This document shows positions 27,439 through 36,998 of a DNA stretch of 64,000 bases, piece after piece. The translations under genes were made by a program, and so were the position numbers. The stretch lies in NCBI GenBank assembly GCA_018651725.1, contig JABIDK010000014.1, forward strand, positions 70,625 through 134,624, given 5' to 3'. The DNA comes from Candidatus Falkowbacteria bacterium (GTDB lineage: Bacteria; Patescibacteriota; Patescibacteriia; JAACEG01). Numbering within the stretch: position 1 is the first letter of the stretch; every line of letters starts with the position of its first letter. Below the pieces are notes generated by a model, which searched no databases, was not told the origin of the DNA, and saw nothing but the letters and a program-made list of their open reading frames with translations.

Positions 27439-28119
27439 ATGGATTGGCATAAAGCAGTAGATTTAGAAAAATTAAACAAATTAGCAGAAATTAATCCAGA
27501 AGGCTTTGAAAAAAAAGTAAAAGCTATTACTGATAAGTTTATCAGTAGTTGTGGTAGAGAGAGCAGAAAGATGTTAGTGGAAACACAGGTTAGAATAAAC
27601 AGTGGAAAGATTTTATACAAAGCTGATTTGCCGGACGATTTAAAAGAATTTGAAATTAAACGCAGGACGCTTATCGATGAATTACTTCAAGAAAATAAAA
27701 ACAAGGATGTTTTGCGTTCAGTTAACAAACTTCAAGTTGCTATTGATAACGGCCTTAATGAAGCCTTGTTTAATCTAGAGAGATTGGAAGAGCTGGCAGA
27801 AAGTGATTTAGATTTGTTTGAAAAAGAGAAAGAAATTTTAGTCCTGAGGTATATTTTATCTCAACCACAAGAAAAAAGACATAAGGCAAAACAATCTCAA
27901 TGGAAGATTGATGCTGTTTGCAAAACTGCAAAAAATCGTTTGGATCGTTTAGTGAAATTTCAAACATTGTTTTATAAAGGTGTTTATGGAGAGGGAGGCT
28001 TTGTTGATTCGTTGAAATCGTTTAGTCCTGTGAGCCAGAAATTTCAAGAATCAGCAACTAAAGTTGTTGCAGAAGAAAAGAAACAAAAAAGAAGAGCTCA
28101 CCTAACGGTAATGAAATAA
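27439..28119 (+). CDS. Hypothetical soluble protein
   Basis: 226-aa ORF with a GGAGG ribosome-binding site. No motif recognised. Confidence 0.4.
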   Translation: MDWHKAVDLEKLNKLAEINPEGFEKKVKAITDKFISSCGRESRKMLVETQVRINSGKILYKADLPDDLKEFEIKRRTLIDELLQENKNKDVLRSVNKLQVAIDNGLNEALFNLERLEELAESDLDLFEKEKEILVLRYILSQPQEKRHKAKQSQWKIDAVCKTAKNRLDRLVKFQTLFYKGVYGEGGFVDSLKSFSPVSQKFQESATKVVAEEKKQKRRAHLTVMK

Positions 28120-28203
28120 TAGAACGCTTAATTTAACCGTCAAGACGAAAAGTTTTGGCGGTTTTTTCATTGCCTAAATTTTTTTAGATGATAATATTAA
28201 ATT

Positions 28204-29415
28204 ATGAGTAAATTTATTAAAAATTCACCTTTGGCTGATAGGGTGCGGCCGGATAGTTTGGATAATCTTTTGGGTCAAGATGAGATAATTGGAAAAGGAA
28301 AATTGTTAAGAGAGGCGATCAAAAAAGACGAACTGCCGTCGATGATTTTTTGGGGTCCGCCAGGGTCAGGGAAAACAACCTTGGCTTTTATTATTGCCAA
28401 AAAAACAAAATCAAATTTTATAAAAATCAGCGCTGTTTCTAGTGGCTTAAAAGATTTGCGTAGTATTATAGAAGAGGCCGAGACAAATAAAAGGCTTGGA
28501 GAAAAAACAATTTTATTTATCGATGAAATTCATCGTTGGAATAAAACTCAACAAGACGCGCTTTTGCCTTATGTTGAAAATGGCACAGTTATTTTAATAG
28601 GAGCAACAACGGAAAATCCCAGCTTTGAGGTGCGGAGTGCTATTTTATCGCGAGCTAGAGTTTTCGTCTTACAAGAATTAAAAGAAAAGCAACTTATAGA
28701 TATTTTAAACAAAGCCATAAAAGATAAAGAAAAAGGATTGGGAAAGTTAAATTTGAAAATCAGCAAAGATGTTGTAAAAACAATTGCCAAAATGAGCAAT
28801 GGAGACGCCCGGACAGCTTTGAATGTCTTGGAGTACGCCGGTTTAATCAGTAAAAAAATAACCTTGGAAATAATTAAAGAATCTTTTCAAAAATCACATC
28901 TTTATTACGATAAAGACGGTGATGAACACTATAATATAATTTCCGCTCTTCATAAGTCAATGCGGGGAGGAGATGAAAACGCATCCTTGTATTGGTTAGC
29001 AAGAATGTTAGAGGCTGGAGAAAATCCACTTTATGTTGCCAGAAGAATTGTACGGTTTGCTTCAGAAGATATTGGCCTTAAAAATTCCCGCGCTTTAGAA
29101 CAGGCAGTGGCGGCTTACCAGGCCTGCCATTTTATCGGCATGCCGGAGTGCAATGTAATTTTAGCCCAAGCCGTAGTTTATATGGCAAAATGCCAGAAAT
29201 CAAACGAGCTATACACAGCCTACGGAAAGGTAGCTAGAGATGTAAAGGAATTTGGCAATTTGCCGGTGCCACTTCATCTGAGAAATGCGCCAACTAAATT
29301 AATGAAAGACCTAGACTACGGAAAAAATTATAAATACAGTCCAGAGCATAATTATGAAGAGCAACAGGAATATTTGCCAAATGAGCTTAAAGGAAGAAAA
29401 TACTTTAAAAAATAA
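28204..29415 (+). CDS. rarA: Replication-associated recombination protein A (AAA+ ATPase RarA/MgsA)
   Basis: 403 aa. Walker A WGPPGSGKTTLA, Walker B ILFIDEIHR, and the MgsA C-terminal domain. Confidence 0.9.
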   Translation: MSKFIKNSPLADRVRPDSLDNLLGQDEIIGKGKLLREAIKKDELPSMIFWGPPGSGKTTLAFIIAKKTKSNFIKISAVSSGLKDLRSIIEEAETNKRLGEKTILFIDEIHRWNKTQQDALLPYVENGTVILIGATTENPSFEVRSAILSRARVFVLQELKEKQLIDILNKAIKDKEKGLGKLNLKISKDVVKTIAKMSNGDARTALNVLEYAGLISKKITLEIIKESFQKSHLYYDKDGDEHYNIISALHKSMRGGDENASLYWLARMLEAGENPLYVARRIVRFASEDIGLKNSRALEQAVAAYQACHFIGMPECNVILAQAVVYMAKCQKSNELYTAYGKVARDVKEFGNLPVPLHLRNAPTKLMKDLDYGKNYKYSPEHNYEEQQEYLPNELKGRKYFKK

Positions 29416-29418
29416 AAA

Positions 29419-30729
29419 ATGTTAAAAATTAATAAAAAAATAATATTACTCGTGGTTTTTAATTTTTTTATTTTAATGAGTTTGATAACTTTATTAAACC
29501 CTTCTTGGATTATTGCTGGTGACGGTTATGGTTATTATATTTATTTGCGTTCACTTATTTTTGATCATGATTTAAATTTTCAAAATGAATATTCACAGTT
29601 CGATGCTATCTACGGAGCTCATATGAGCACTAATATAACCCCGTTAGGTAAAGTTGGTAATATGTTTTCTGTTGGGCCGAGTATTTTGTGGGCGCCATTT
29701 GTCTTTATTGCTTTTTTAATTGATTTGTTTTTTAATTTCTCTCAAAATTATTTTTTACCTGGTTTTAATTATCCTTTTGAAATAGCAATTGCTATTGCAG
29801 CTTTTTTTTATTTTTTTATTGGACTTGTTTTTTTGTACTTAGGACTTAAAAAGCTATTTGCAGAAAAAATATCTTTTTGGTCAACCACAATAATTTGGCT
29901 TACCTCCCCTTTGGTTTATTATTTAGTTTACGAACCATCAATGTCTCATGCTCTATCGTTTTTTTCTGTAAGCGGATTTTTATATTTTTTTATAAAATAT
30001 AAAAATAGTTTTGACAGAAACAATTTTTTAATTATTGGATTTTGGCTAGGACTTGCTATGCTTGTTCGTTGGCAGAATCTATTGTTTGCAGCCTTGCCGG
30101 TTGTTTGGATTTTGTGGCAACAGAAAATTGTGATTAAAAATAGATTAAGATTGTTATTTTATTTTTTTACTTCGGCTTTTGTTGTTTTTTCACCACAACT
30201 TTTAATGTGGAAATATTTATATGGTTCATTTTTGGTAGCTCCTCAAGGGGGTAAATTTTTTGATTTATTTAATCCGCATTTTGTTAAATTTTTATTTTCC
30301 GGTTACCATGGTTTTTTTGTTTGGCACCCATTTTTATTGTTTTCTGTTTTAGGATTATTTTTTTACATAAAGAAAAATAAAAAATTAGCTGTTCTTTTTT
30401 TATTAACTCTTTTTTTACAAATTTATATGAACAGCGCTTTATCGGATTGGTTTGGAGGAGGATCTTTTGGGGCAAGAAGAATGATCAGCTCTATTTTTAT
30501 TTTAGCAATTGGTTTGACTTTTATTATGTCGCAGTTGAATAGAAAAAGAATAGCCCTAATTTTTTTTAGCTTGATTATTTTTTTAGCAATTAGCTGGAAT
30601 ATTCTTTTAATGATAAGTTGTGCTAGAGGAGTAGTGCTGGTTAATGTACCGATCACAACAAAAGAATTGTTTAGCGAACAAAAAAAAATATTTTTAAATA
30701 TTGTAGAACGGAAATTTTTAAATAATTAG
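29419..30729 (+). CDS. Polytopic integral membrane protein, possibly a glycosyltransferase-like membrane protein
   Basis: 436 aa with at least 10 predicted transmembrane segments and a GDGYGYY.YLRS...DHD loop near the N-terminus. Confidence 0.4.
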   Translation: MLKINKKIILLVVFNFFILMSLITLLNPSWIIAGDGYGYYIYLRSLIFDHDLNFQNEYSQFDAIYGAHMSTNITPLGKVGNMFSVGPSILWAPFVFIAFLIDLFFNFSQNYFLPGFNYPFEIAIAIAAFFYFFIGLVFLYLGLKKLFAEKISFWSTTIIWLTSPLVYYLVYEPSMSHALSFFSVSGFLYFFIKYKNSFDRNNFLIIGFWLGLAMLVRWQNLLFAALPVVWILWQQKIVIKNRLRLLFYFFTSAFVVFSPQLLMWKYLYGSFLVAPQGGKFFDLFNPHFVKFLFSGYHGFFVWHPFLLFSVLGLFFYIKKNKKLAVLFLLTLFLQIYMNSALSDWFGGGSFGARRMISSIFILAIGLTFIMSQLNRKRIALIFFSLIIFLAISWNILLMISCARGVVLVNVPITTKELFSEQKKIFLNIVERKFLNN

Positions 30730-30797
30730 AAGTCTTGCAAATTATTAATAAAACTGTAAAATAAAACGTAATCAACTAATAACTAAATAATTTTTCT

Positions 30798-31454
30798 ATG
30801 AAACAAATAGCAACTATTTTATTTTTATTAATTTTTTTAACAGGTTGTACAAAAAACACTATGACTACAAACACAAATGAAAATGATTCTAAGAATCAAG
30901 AGGTAAAAGAAGAAGTTAATTTAATTCAGGAGCAAATTAAAAAAATGGGGCATGAGGATTTGGTTTCTGTTTATGATAAAGCGGTGATGAAAACCAATTT
31001 AGGGGATATTAAAATTAAATTTTATAACAGTGCTTCGCCAGTTACGGTTAATAATTTTTTGAATTTAGCTAAAACTGATTTTTATAATGGAACAAAATTT
31101 CATCGGGTTATGAAAGACTTTATGATCCAAGGTGGAGACCCTTTGAGTAAAGACGATAATTGGGCAATTCATGGTTCTGGCGGGCCAGATTATAAGTTCG
31201 ATGATGAATTTAATAACTACCCAATTGTCAAAGGAAATTTAGCCATGGCTAACTCCGGACCAAATACCAATGGTTCCCAGTTTTTTATTGTTACAGCCGA
31301 GAGCACCCCATGGTTAGACGGTAAACATACTAACTTTGGAGAGGTAACCGAAGGCATGGAAGTAGTGGAAAAAATTGAAGTTGTAGAAACTAACGAACGT
31401 GATCATCCACTAGAAGACATAATTGTCGAAAGTATTGAGTTAATTGCCAAATAG
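30798..31454 (+). CDS. ppiB: Cyclophilin-type peptidyl-prolyl cis-trans isomerase, lipoprotein
   Basis: 218 aa. It has a lipobox (LTGC) and the cyclophilin core (FHRVMKDFMIQGGDP ... MANSGPNTNGSQFFI). Confidence 0.85.
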   Translation: MKQIATILFLLIFLTGCTKNTMTTNTNENDSKNQEVKEEVNLIQEQIKKMGHEDLVSVYDKAVMKTNLGDIKIKFYNSASPVTVNNFLNLAKTDFYNGTKFHRVMKDFMIQGGDPLSKDDNWAIHGSGGPDYKFDDEFNNYPIVKGNLAMANSGPNTNGSQFFIVTAESTPWLDGKHTNFGEVTEGMEVVEKIEVVETNERDHPLEDIIVESIELIAK

Positions 31455-31537
31455 AAAGTTTGGGCAAAAACTAAAAATATGTTATAATAAAAGTGTAAAA
31501 GTTTTAAGCTTTACATTTTGAGCTTTAAGTTTTATTT

Positions 31538-32302
31538 ATGCTTATTCAACCGGAGAAAGTTACTAAAATTCAAAAAAGACATACATTTGAGGCATTATTT
31601 AGAGATAGCACCCCAAGCTATGATTTTTTTCTAATGCTTATTCTATCGGCCATTCTTGTGGCGATTGGTCTTTTAATAAACAACGCAGTTGTTGTTATCG
31701 GCGGGATGTTGGTGGCGCCGATTTTGTCTCCTATTTTAAGTTTTTCAATGGGAATGGTTGTTGGGGATGTAAAATTAATGAAAAGGTCAGGCGAAGTTAT
31801 TCTGCAGTCGATTTTAATTGTGGTAGTTGTGTCTCTTGTTATTTCTTTTTTAACTATTAATCGGGAGTTAACTCCGGAGATTTTTTCTCGCGCTCATCCG
31901 AGTCTAGCTTATTTTTTGATAGCCCTTTTTTCTGGTTTAGCCGCTTCTTATTCTTTAGTTCGTCCCAATTTATCGGAAAAATTGTCAGGTGTAGCGATTT
32001 CTGTTGCTTTAATTCCGCCTCTGGCTTCTCTTGGGATTGCTTTTTCTTTTTTTGATGTTCGAGTCATCGTCGGTTCTTTAGGTCTTTTTGCTTTGAACTT
32101 AGTTGGCATTATTTTGGCGGCCTTAGTTGTGTTTGCAATATTTAAATTTTATGAAGTTAAAGAATCAATAGAGAAAAAAATTAAAGCCGAAGAAAGAATA
32201 ATTAAAGAAGAAGAAAAGGAAAAAACACAAGAAAAAATTGAAGAAATAGAAAAACAAGTCAAAGAAGCAACTGAATTTTTAAAAGAAAATAAAAAGAAAT
32301 GA
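31538..32302 (+). CDS. DUF389/TIGR00341-family membrane protein with a K/E-rich C-terminal tail
   Basis: 254 aa. The GGMLVAPILSPILSFSMG motif and repeated hydrophobic segments are typical of the family. The tail is a charged coiled-coil. Confidence 0.5.
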   Translation: MLIQPEKVTKIQKRHTFEALFRDSTPSYDFFLMLILSAILVAIGLLINNAVVVIGGMLVAPILSPILSFSMGMVVGDVKLMKRSGEVILQSILIVVVVSLVISFLTINRELTPEIFSRAHPSLAYFLIALFSGLAASYSLVRPNLSEKLSGVAISVALIPPLASLGIAFSFFDVRVIVGSLGLFALNLVGIILAALVVFAIFKFYEVKESIEKKIKAEERIIKEEEKEKTQEKIEEIEKQVKEATEFLKENKKK

Positions 32303-32361
32303 GTTAGTCCGTAAAGTCTGTAAGGCCCATAAAGTCGAAAGTCAGTGGAAATTTATAAAAT

Positions 32362-32393
32362 AAAAAAGTACGTACTCGAGTACGTACTTTTTT
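32362..32393. terminator. Bidirectional rho-independent terminator
   Basis: Perfect palindrome AAAAAAGTACGTACTCGAGTACGTACTTTTTT lies between the convergent genes ending at 32302 (+) and 32409 (-). Confidence 0.7.
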
Positions 32394-32408
32394 ATTTTCA
32401 GATTTTAT

Positions 32409-32699
32409 TTATCTTCCTTGTTTTGCTCTGTGACAATCTCTACATAACAATGTAGATTCGTCATTTGGTTGGAATGGAAGTTGAGTGATACCTGTTCCGC
32501 ATTCACTGCATTTCCAGTTTCCTTCAAACATTTGTCGTGGAGAGAAGTTGTCTCTTTTTGCTCTGTGGCATTCACGACAGAAGATTGGTCGACTTCCATC
32601 CGGTTCGAACGGAAGTTCTTTGATTTCAGCTCCGCAGTCACCGCATTTCCAATCACCTTGAAACATTTGGCGTGGAGCGAAAGATCCTTGATTGTCCAT
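32409..32699 (-). CDS. Small protein with two tandem CxxC-x17-CxxC zinc-ribbon repeats
   Basis: 96 aa. The unit PRQMF.G.WKC..CG..I..LPF.P......CR.CHRAK occurs twice. Its GC is higher than that of its neighbours. It is one of two minus-strand genes in the window. Confidence 0.6.
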   Translation of the reverse strand: MDNQGSFAPRQMFQGDWKCGDCGAEIKELPFEPDGSRPIFCRECHRAKRDNFSPRQMFEGNWKCSECGTGITQLPFQPNDESTLLCRDCHRAKQGR

Positions 32700-32840
32700 T
32701 TTTGTTTTTTGTTACGTTTAACTAAAGTTTGAAATTTATTTAAAAACAATTTAAAATTAAACTGAACAAAACATTTTATAGACTTGTTATGCAACAAATC
32801 TAATTAATTTATAAAAATAGTATACTATAAGAACAATGGC

Positions 32841-32870
32841 TTGTCAATAGTTAGAGAGTTATGCTATAAT
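32841..32870 (+). promoter_or_regulatory. Sigma70-like promoter for the receiver gene / pilus cluster
   Basis: TTGTCA, an 18-nt spacer, then TATAAT. It is 27 nt upstream of the 32897 start. Confidence 0.4.
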
Positions 32871-32896
32871 AACATCATAAATTTTAATCAAAATAT

Positions 32897-33268
32897 ATGG
32901 CTAAAAAAGTCCAAAAAATTTTAATTGGTGAAGACGAAAAACCAATGGCTCGCGCTTTAGAGCTTAAGCTTAAAAGTTTGGGTTTTGAAGCAAAAATTGC
33001 CTTTAACGGCGAAGAGGTTCTTCAGGCTCTTCAAAAAGAAAAGTTTAATTTAGTTTTACTTGATTTGATGATGCCCAAGGTAGACGGGTTTTCTGTTTTG
33101 GCTAAGATGCAGGAAAATAAAGATAAAACACCTGTTATTGTAGCGTCTAATTTAAGTCAAAGCGAAGATTTGCAAAAAGCCAAAAAATTGGGTGCAGTTG
33201 ATTACTTTGTTAAATCAGATACACCCATCGCCGAAGTTGTTGTGCGTGTAAAAAAAGCTCTTAATTAA
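32897..33268 (+). CDS. Stand-alone response regulator receiver domain (CheY-like)
   Basis: 123 aa. Phospho-acceptor context LVLLDLMMP, a conserved T/S (VASN) and K (DYFVKS). Confidence 0.8.
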   Translation: MAKKVQKILIGEDEKPMARALELKLKSLGFEAKIAFNGEEVLQALQKEKFNLVLLDLMMPKVDGFSVLAKMQENKDKTPVIVASNLSQSEDLQKAKKLGAVDYFVKSDTPIAEVVVRVKKALN

Positions 33269-33338
33269 TTTAGTAAGATTAGGAGGACTGGGATTATTAG
33301 GATTTTAAATCCTAAATATCTTAAGAATCTTATTAATT

Positions 33339-35000
33339 ATGTCAAAGAATTTAAATATAGACGACAAAAAAATAGCGGATATTTTACTTAAAGAAAGTTA
33401 TATCAGCGAAGAAGATTTTAAAAAAGGCGCGGAGTTTGCCAAGAATTTTCATTCAACGATTGTAAAATATCTTTTATCTGAAGAACTTATTAATAAGGAT
33501 TTATTAGGACAGGCTATTGCCGAGTCTTTTAAGGTTTCTTACTCTGACCTTAATACAAATATTCCCGCGAAGGAACAGGTCTTAAAAATACCGGAGGCTT
33601 TAGCGAAAAAATACAGAGCCGTTCTATTCACAGAAGAAAAAAATAGCGTTGTTATAGCAACCGATAATCTTGAGCAAAAAAACTTAAAAATCGGACTAAA
33701 GAAAATATTTAAAACAAAAAAGATAATATTAAGTTATTCTTTGCCGGAAGATATAGATGAAATTTTTATTTTCTATCGTAAAACACTTGATACTCGTTTT
33801 GCGAGCATAGTTAAAAATCAAAATAAAATTGCCCCGGAAATTATAACAGAGATTTTCCAGGATGCTTTGCTGTACCGGGCATCTGATATCCATTTTGAAC
33901 CTCAGGAAAAAGAAGTTGTTATTCGTTTTCGGGTCGATGGACTTTTGTACGAAGCCGGTCGTTTGCCAAAAGAACACTACGAAAATATTTTGAATAAAAT
34001 AAAGGTAATGGCTAATTTACGAATGGACGATCATTTTTCCGCTCAAGACGGAGCTATTCGTTATACGGCCGAAAAAGGAGTGGCGGTTGATATGCGTATT
34101 TCCATTTTACCGGCCTTAGATGGAGAAAAAATAGTTGTTAGGCTCTTGGCTGAATATGTTAAAGATTTTTCTTTGAGTGACGTTGGTCTTTTAGAAAAAA
34201 ACCAGGAGATGTTACTTAAGGCGGCTAGAAAACCTTTTGGTATGATTTTAGTTTCCGGACCAACCGGATCCGGGAAAACCACGACTCTTTATTCGCTTGT
34301 AAAATATATTAACAAGCCGGAGGTAAATATTACTACTATTGAAGATCCGGTAGAATATAAAGTTGTCGGAGTTAACCAGATTCAGGTTAATCAGCGCACA
34401 GAACTTACTTTTTCTAAAGGACTTCGTTCTATTGTTAGGCAAGATCCGGATATAATTTTAGTTGGAGAAATAAGAGATAAAGAAACAGCTGAAATAGCTG
34501 TTAATGCCGCTTTAACAGGACATCTTCTTTTTTCCACTTTTCATGCTAACGACGCCGCCACCTCAGTCCCGAGATTGTTAGATCTTGGCGCAGAGCCGTT
34601 TCTCTTGGCTTCTACTTTAGAGCTTTTAATTTCCCAGCGTCTGGCCAGACGAATTTGTGAAAATTGTCGCTATAGTTATAAGGAGACAATTTCCAGTCTT
34701 CAGAAAAAAATACCAAACGCGAAAAAATATTTTAACAGTAAATCCTTAACGTTATATAAAGGCAAAGGATGTAAGTCGTGCAATGATACAGGCTATCATG
34801 GACGGACAGCTATTTTTGAATTTATTCAAATTACTAAAGAGTTGGAGGAATTAATTTTAACAAGCCCTTCCAGCCAGCAAATCATCGCACTTGCTAAAAA
34901 ACAAGGATTTAATTCTTTGTTCGATGACGGACTGGAAAAGGTTAAAAAAGGAATAACCACTTTAGATGAACTTTTACGCGTAGTTCCTTTAGACCAGTAG
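33339..35000 (+). CDS. pilB: Type IV pilus / type II secretion assembly ATPase (PilB/GspE family)
   Basis: 553 aa. Walker A SGPTGSGKTTTLYS, Asp/His boxes, and a C-terminal tetracysteine (CENC...CKSC). Confidence 0.9.
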   Translation: MSKNLNIDDKKIADILLKESYISEEDFKKGAEFAKNFHSTIVKYLLSEELINKDLLGQAIAESFKVSYSDLNTNIPAKEQVLKIPEALAKKYRAVLFTEEKNSVVIATDNLEQKNLKIGLKKIFKTKKIILSYSLPEDIDEIFIFYRKTLDTRFASIVKNQNKIAPEIITEIFQDALLYRASDIHFEPQEKEVVIRFRVDGLLYEAGRLPKEHYENILNKIKVMANLRMDDHFSAQDGAIRYTAEKGVAVDMRISILPALDGEKIVVRLLAEYVKDFSLSDVGLLEKNQEMLLKAARKPFGMILVSGPTGSGKTTTLYSLVKYINKPEVNITTIEDPVEYKVVGVNQIQVNQRTELTFSKGLRSIVRQDPDIILVGEIRDKETAEIAVNAALTGHLLFSTFHANDAATSVPRLLDLGAEPFLLASTLELLISQRLARRICENCRYSYKETISSLQKKIPNAKKYFNSKSLTLYKGKGCKSCNDTGYHGRTAIFEFIQITKELEELILTSPSSQQIIALAKKQGFNSLFDDGLEKVKKGITTLDELLRVVPLDQ

Positions 35001-35063
35001 ATAATAGAAACTTAGAAAAATTTTGATATTTGGCGATAGCCTCGTTATGAAACAAGTTTAAAT

Positions 35064-36509
35064 ATGCCTGAAAAAAAACAACAAAAAAAGAAACCACAAA
35101 AAAAACAATCAAAAAAACAACAGTCAAAGTTTGTTATTTTTTTAAACAAGTTGTTTGCCGGCAAAGAGAAAGATTATTTTATTGAAAATTTAACAATGTT
35201 AATCGGTTCCGGGATGAGTATGTCGATTGCCTTACGATCTATAAAACAAGAAACCAGAAACGAATGGATGATAGAAACAATTGATGATATCACAGAATCA
35301 ATCGAAGGCGGGTCTTCGCTTTCTTCTTCATTTAAAGGTAAAGATCTTTTGTCCAGCCATGATTTGTCGCTGCTTCGAATCGGAGAAGAGTCCGGTTATC
35401 TTTTGGAAAATTTAAAAGTTATTGTGGCTGAGCAAAAAAAGGAAAAGATATTCAAGTCAAAAATACGCTCCGCCATGATGTATCCGATCTTTATTTTAGT
35501 TTTGACTGCAATTATTGGGCTTGGTATTGCCTGGTTTATCTTGCCTCGTTTGGCTTCTGTTTTTTCTTCTTTAAAACTAGAGCTACCTTTAGTTACCAGA
35601 ATTTTAATAGCTACTGGAAAATTTTTGGAAGGAAATGGTTTTTGGGCTATCCCGTGTGTTGTGTTAATTTTAGCAATAATTTTTTTCTTTGTATTTATTT
35701 TTTCTAAAACAAAATTTATTGGCCAAAAGATTTTAATCTCTACCCCGGGAGTTAAACAGCTTATTAGAGAAGTGGAGTTGGCTCGTTTTGGTTATTTACT
35801 TGGAACACTTCTAAAAGCATCTTTACCGATAGTGAAATCACTTGATTCGATGAGTAAGGCTACCACTTTTCGCAGCTACCAAAGATTTTATGTGCATTGT
35901 CGCGATTCTATTATGGATGGAAACTCTTTTCAAAAAAGTTTTTTATCGTACCCTAAATCGCATAAATTTATTCCAACCCCGATTCAACAAATCATAATTT
36001 CTGCTGAAAAATCAGGTAATTTAGCTGGATCTTTGATAGAGATAGGAAAAACTTTCGAAGAGAAAACAGACAACTCCACTAAAAACTTAGCTGTTATTTT
36101 GGAGCCAGTTTTATTGGTGGTTGTCTGGGTTGGAGTTGTAGGAGTGGCCTTAGCAGTAATTTTACCTATTTATAGTTTAGTTGGAGGGTTAGGTAATCAG
36201 CAGAATAGTATTTCATCACCACCACCAATAAAAATAGAAAAATTAGAAGAAAATGCGACCATAACAGGGGAGTTTCAAGAAGAAAAATTAATAGAGTTTG
36301 ATAATGGATTAAAAATTTTAAAAACAAACCTTGGTTATTTAAGTGTTCGAGACAAGCCATCTTTAGACGGAGTGATTATCGATGAAGTTAACCCTGATGA
36401 TATTTTTGAATATAAAAAAGAAGAAAATGGTTGGTACGAAATTATTTTAGATAAGGAGGCTCAAAAAACAGGCTGGGTTGTTGAAAAATATATTGAAGTA
36501 ATAAAATGA
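35064..36509 (+). CDS. pilC: Type IV pilus platform protein PilC/GspF with an N-terminal K/Q-rich tail and an extra C-terminal SH3b-like domain
   Basis: 481 aa. There are two GspF repeats. The final roughly 120 aa (LGYLSVRDKPSLDGVII...GWYEIIL...GWVVEKYIE) resemble a bacterial SH3 domain. Confidence 0.8.
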   Translation: MPEKKQQKKKPQKKQSKKQQSKFVIFLNKLFAGKEKDYFIENLTMLIGSGMSMSIALRSIKQETRNEWMIETIDDITESIEGGSSLSSSFKGKDLLSSHDLSLLRIGEESGYLLENLKVIVAEQKKEKIFKSKIRSAMMYPIFILVLTAIIGLGIAWFILPRLASVFSSLKLELPLVTRILIATGKFLEGNGFWAIPCVVLILAIIFFFVFIFSKTKFIGQKILISTPGVKQLIREVELARFGYLLGTLLKASLPIVKSLDSMSKATTFRSYQRFYVHCRDSIMDGNSFQKSFLSYPKSHKFIPTPIQQIIISAEKSGNLAGSLIEIGKTFEEKTDNSTKNLAVILEPVLLVVVWVGVVGVALAVILPIYSLVGGLGNQQNSISSPPPIKIEKLEENATITGEFQEEKLIEFDNGLKILKTNLGYLSVRDKPSLDGVIIDEVNPDDIFEYKKEENGWYEIILDKEAQKTGWVVEKYIEVIK

Positions 36510-36970
36510 TTTTACCAACTACCAACTACCAACTGTCAACTACCAAGGGTTTTACCTTGCTTGAAATTCTCCTGGTGGTCGCAATAATCGTTATTATCGC
36601 TGGATTTTCTATGCCGGTTCTTCAGTCTTTTCAGAATAGAAACGATTTGGATATAGCCACGAATATTTTTGTTCAAAGTCTAAGAAGGTCTCAAGTTCTT
36701 TCTCGATCTGCCGAAGAAGACTCTTCTTGGGGGACTTATATTCAGGCAGGGAATATTACTATTTTTCAAGGATCAACCTATGCGGGCCGAGATAGTGATT
36801 TTGATGAAGTGTTTGAAATATCATCCAGTATTAATTTGTCAGGAGATCAGGAAATTATCTTTGGGAAAGTAACCGGAACGATAAGTTCCTCTAAATCAAC
36901 CATACTTACTTCTTTAAATAATGATTCCAGAACAATAGATATAAATGTAAAAGGAATGATTTCTTATTGA
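36506..36970 (+). CDS. Type IV pilin-like protein (minor pilin/pseudopilin) with a long leader
   Basis: 154 aa. The prepilin motif is G|[18 protein letters not shown], preceded by a 15-aa leader encoded by heptanucleotide repeats. Confidence 0.7.
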   Translation: MILPTTNYQLSTTKGFTLLEILLVVAIIVIIAGFSMPVLQSFQNRNDLDIATNIFVQSLRRSQVLSRSAEEDSSWGTYIQAGNITIFQGSTYAGRDSDFDEVFEISSSINLSGDQEIIFGKVTGTISSSKSTILTSLNNDSRTIDINVKGMISY

Positions 36971-36998
36971 TTATTAACTATTAAACGTTAGCTTATGC

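Noticed and set aside
32405-32797. Alternative 130-aa minus-strand ORF overlapping the zinc-ribbon gene.
   Set aside because: The 96-aa frame shows an internally repeated CxxC...CxxC motif, which is strong evidence of real coding. The longer frame is low-complexity with no motif.
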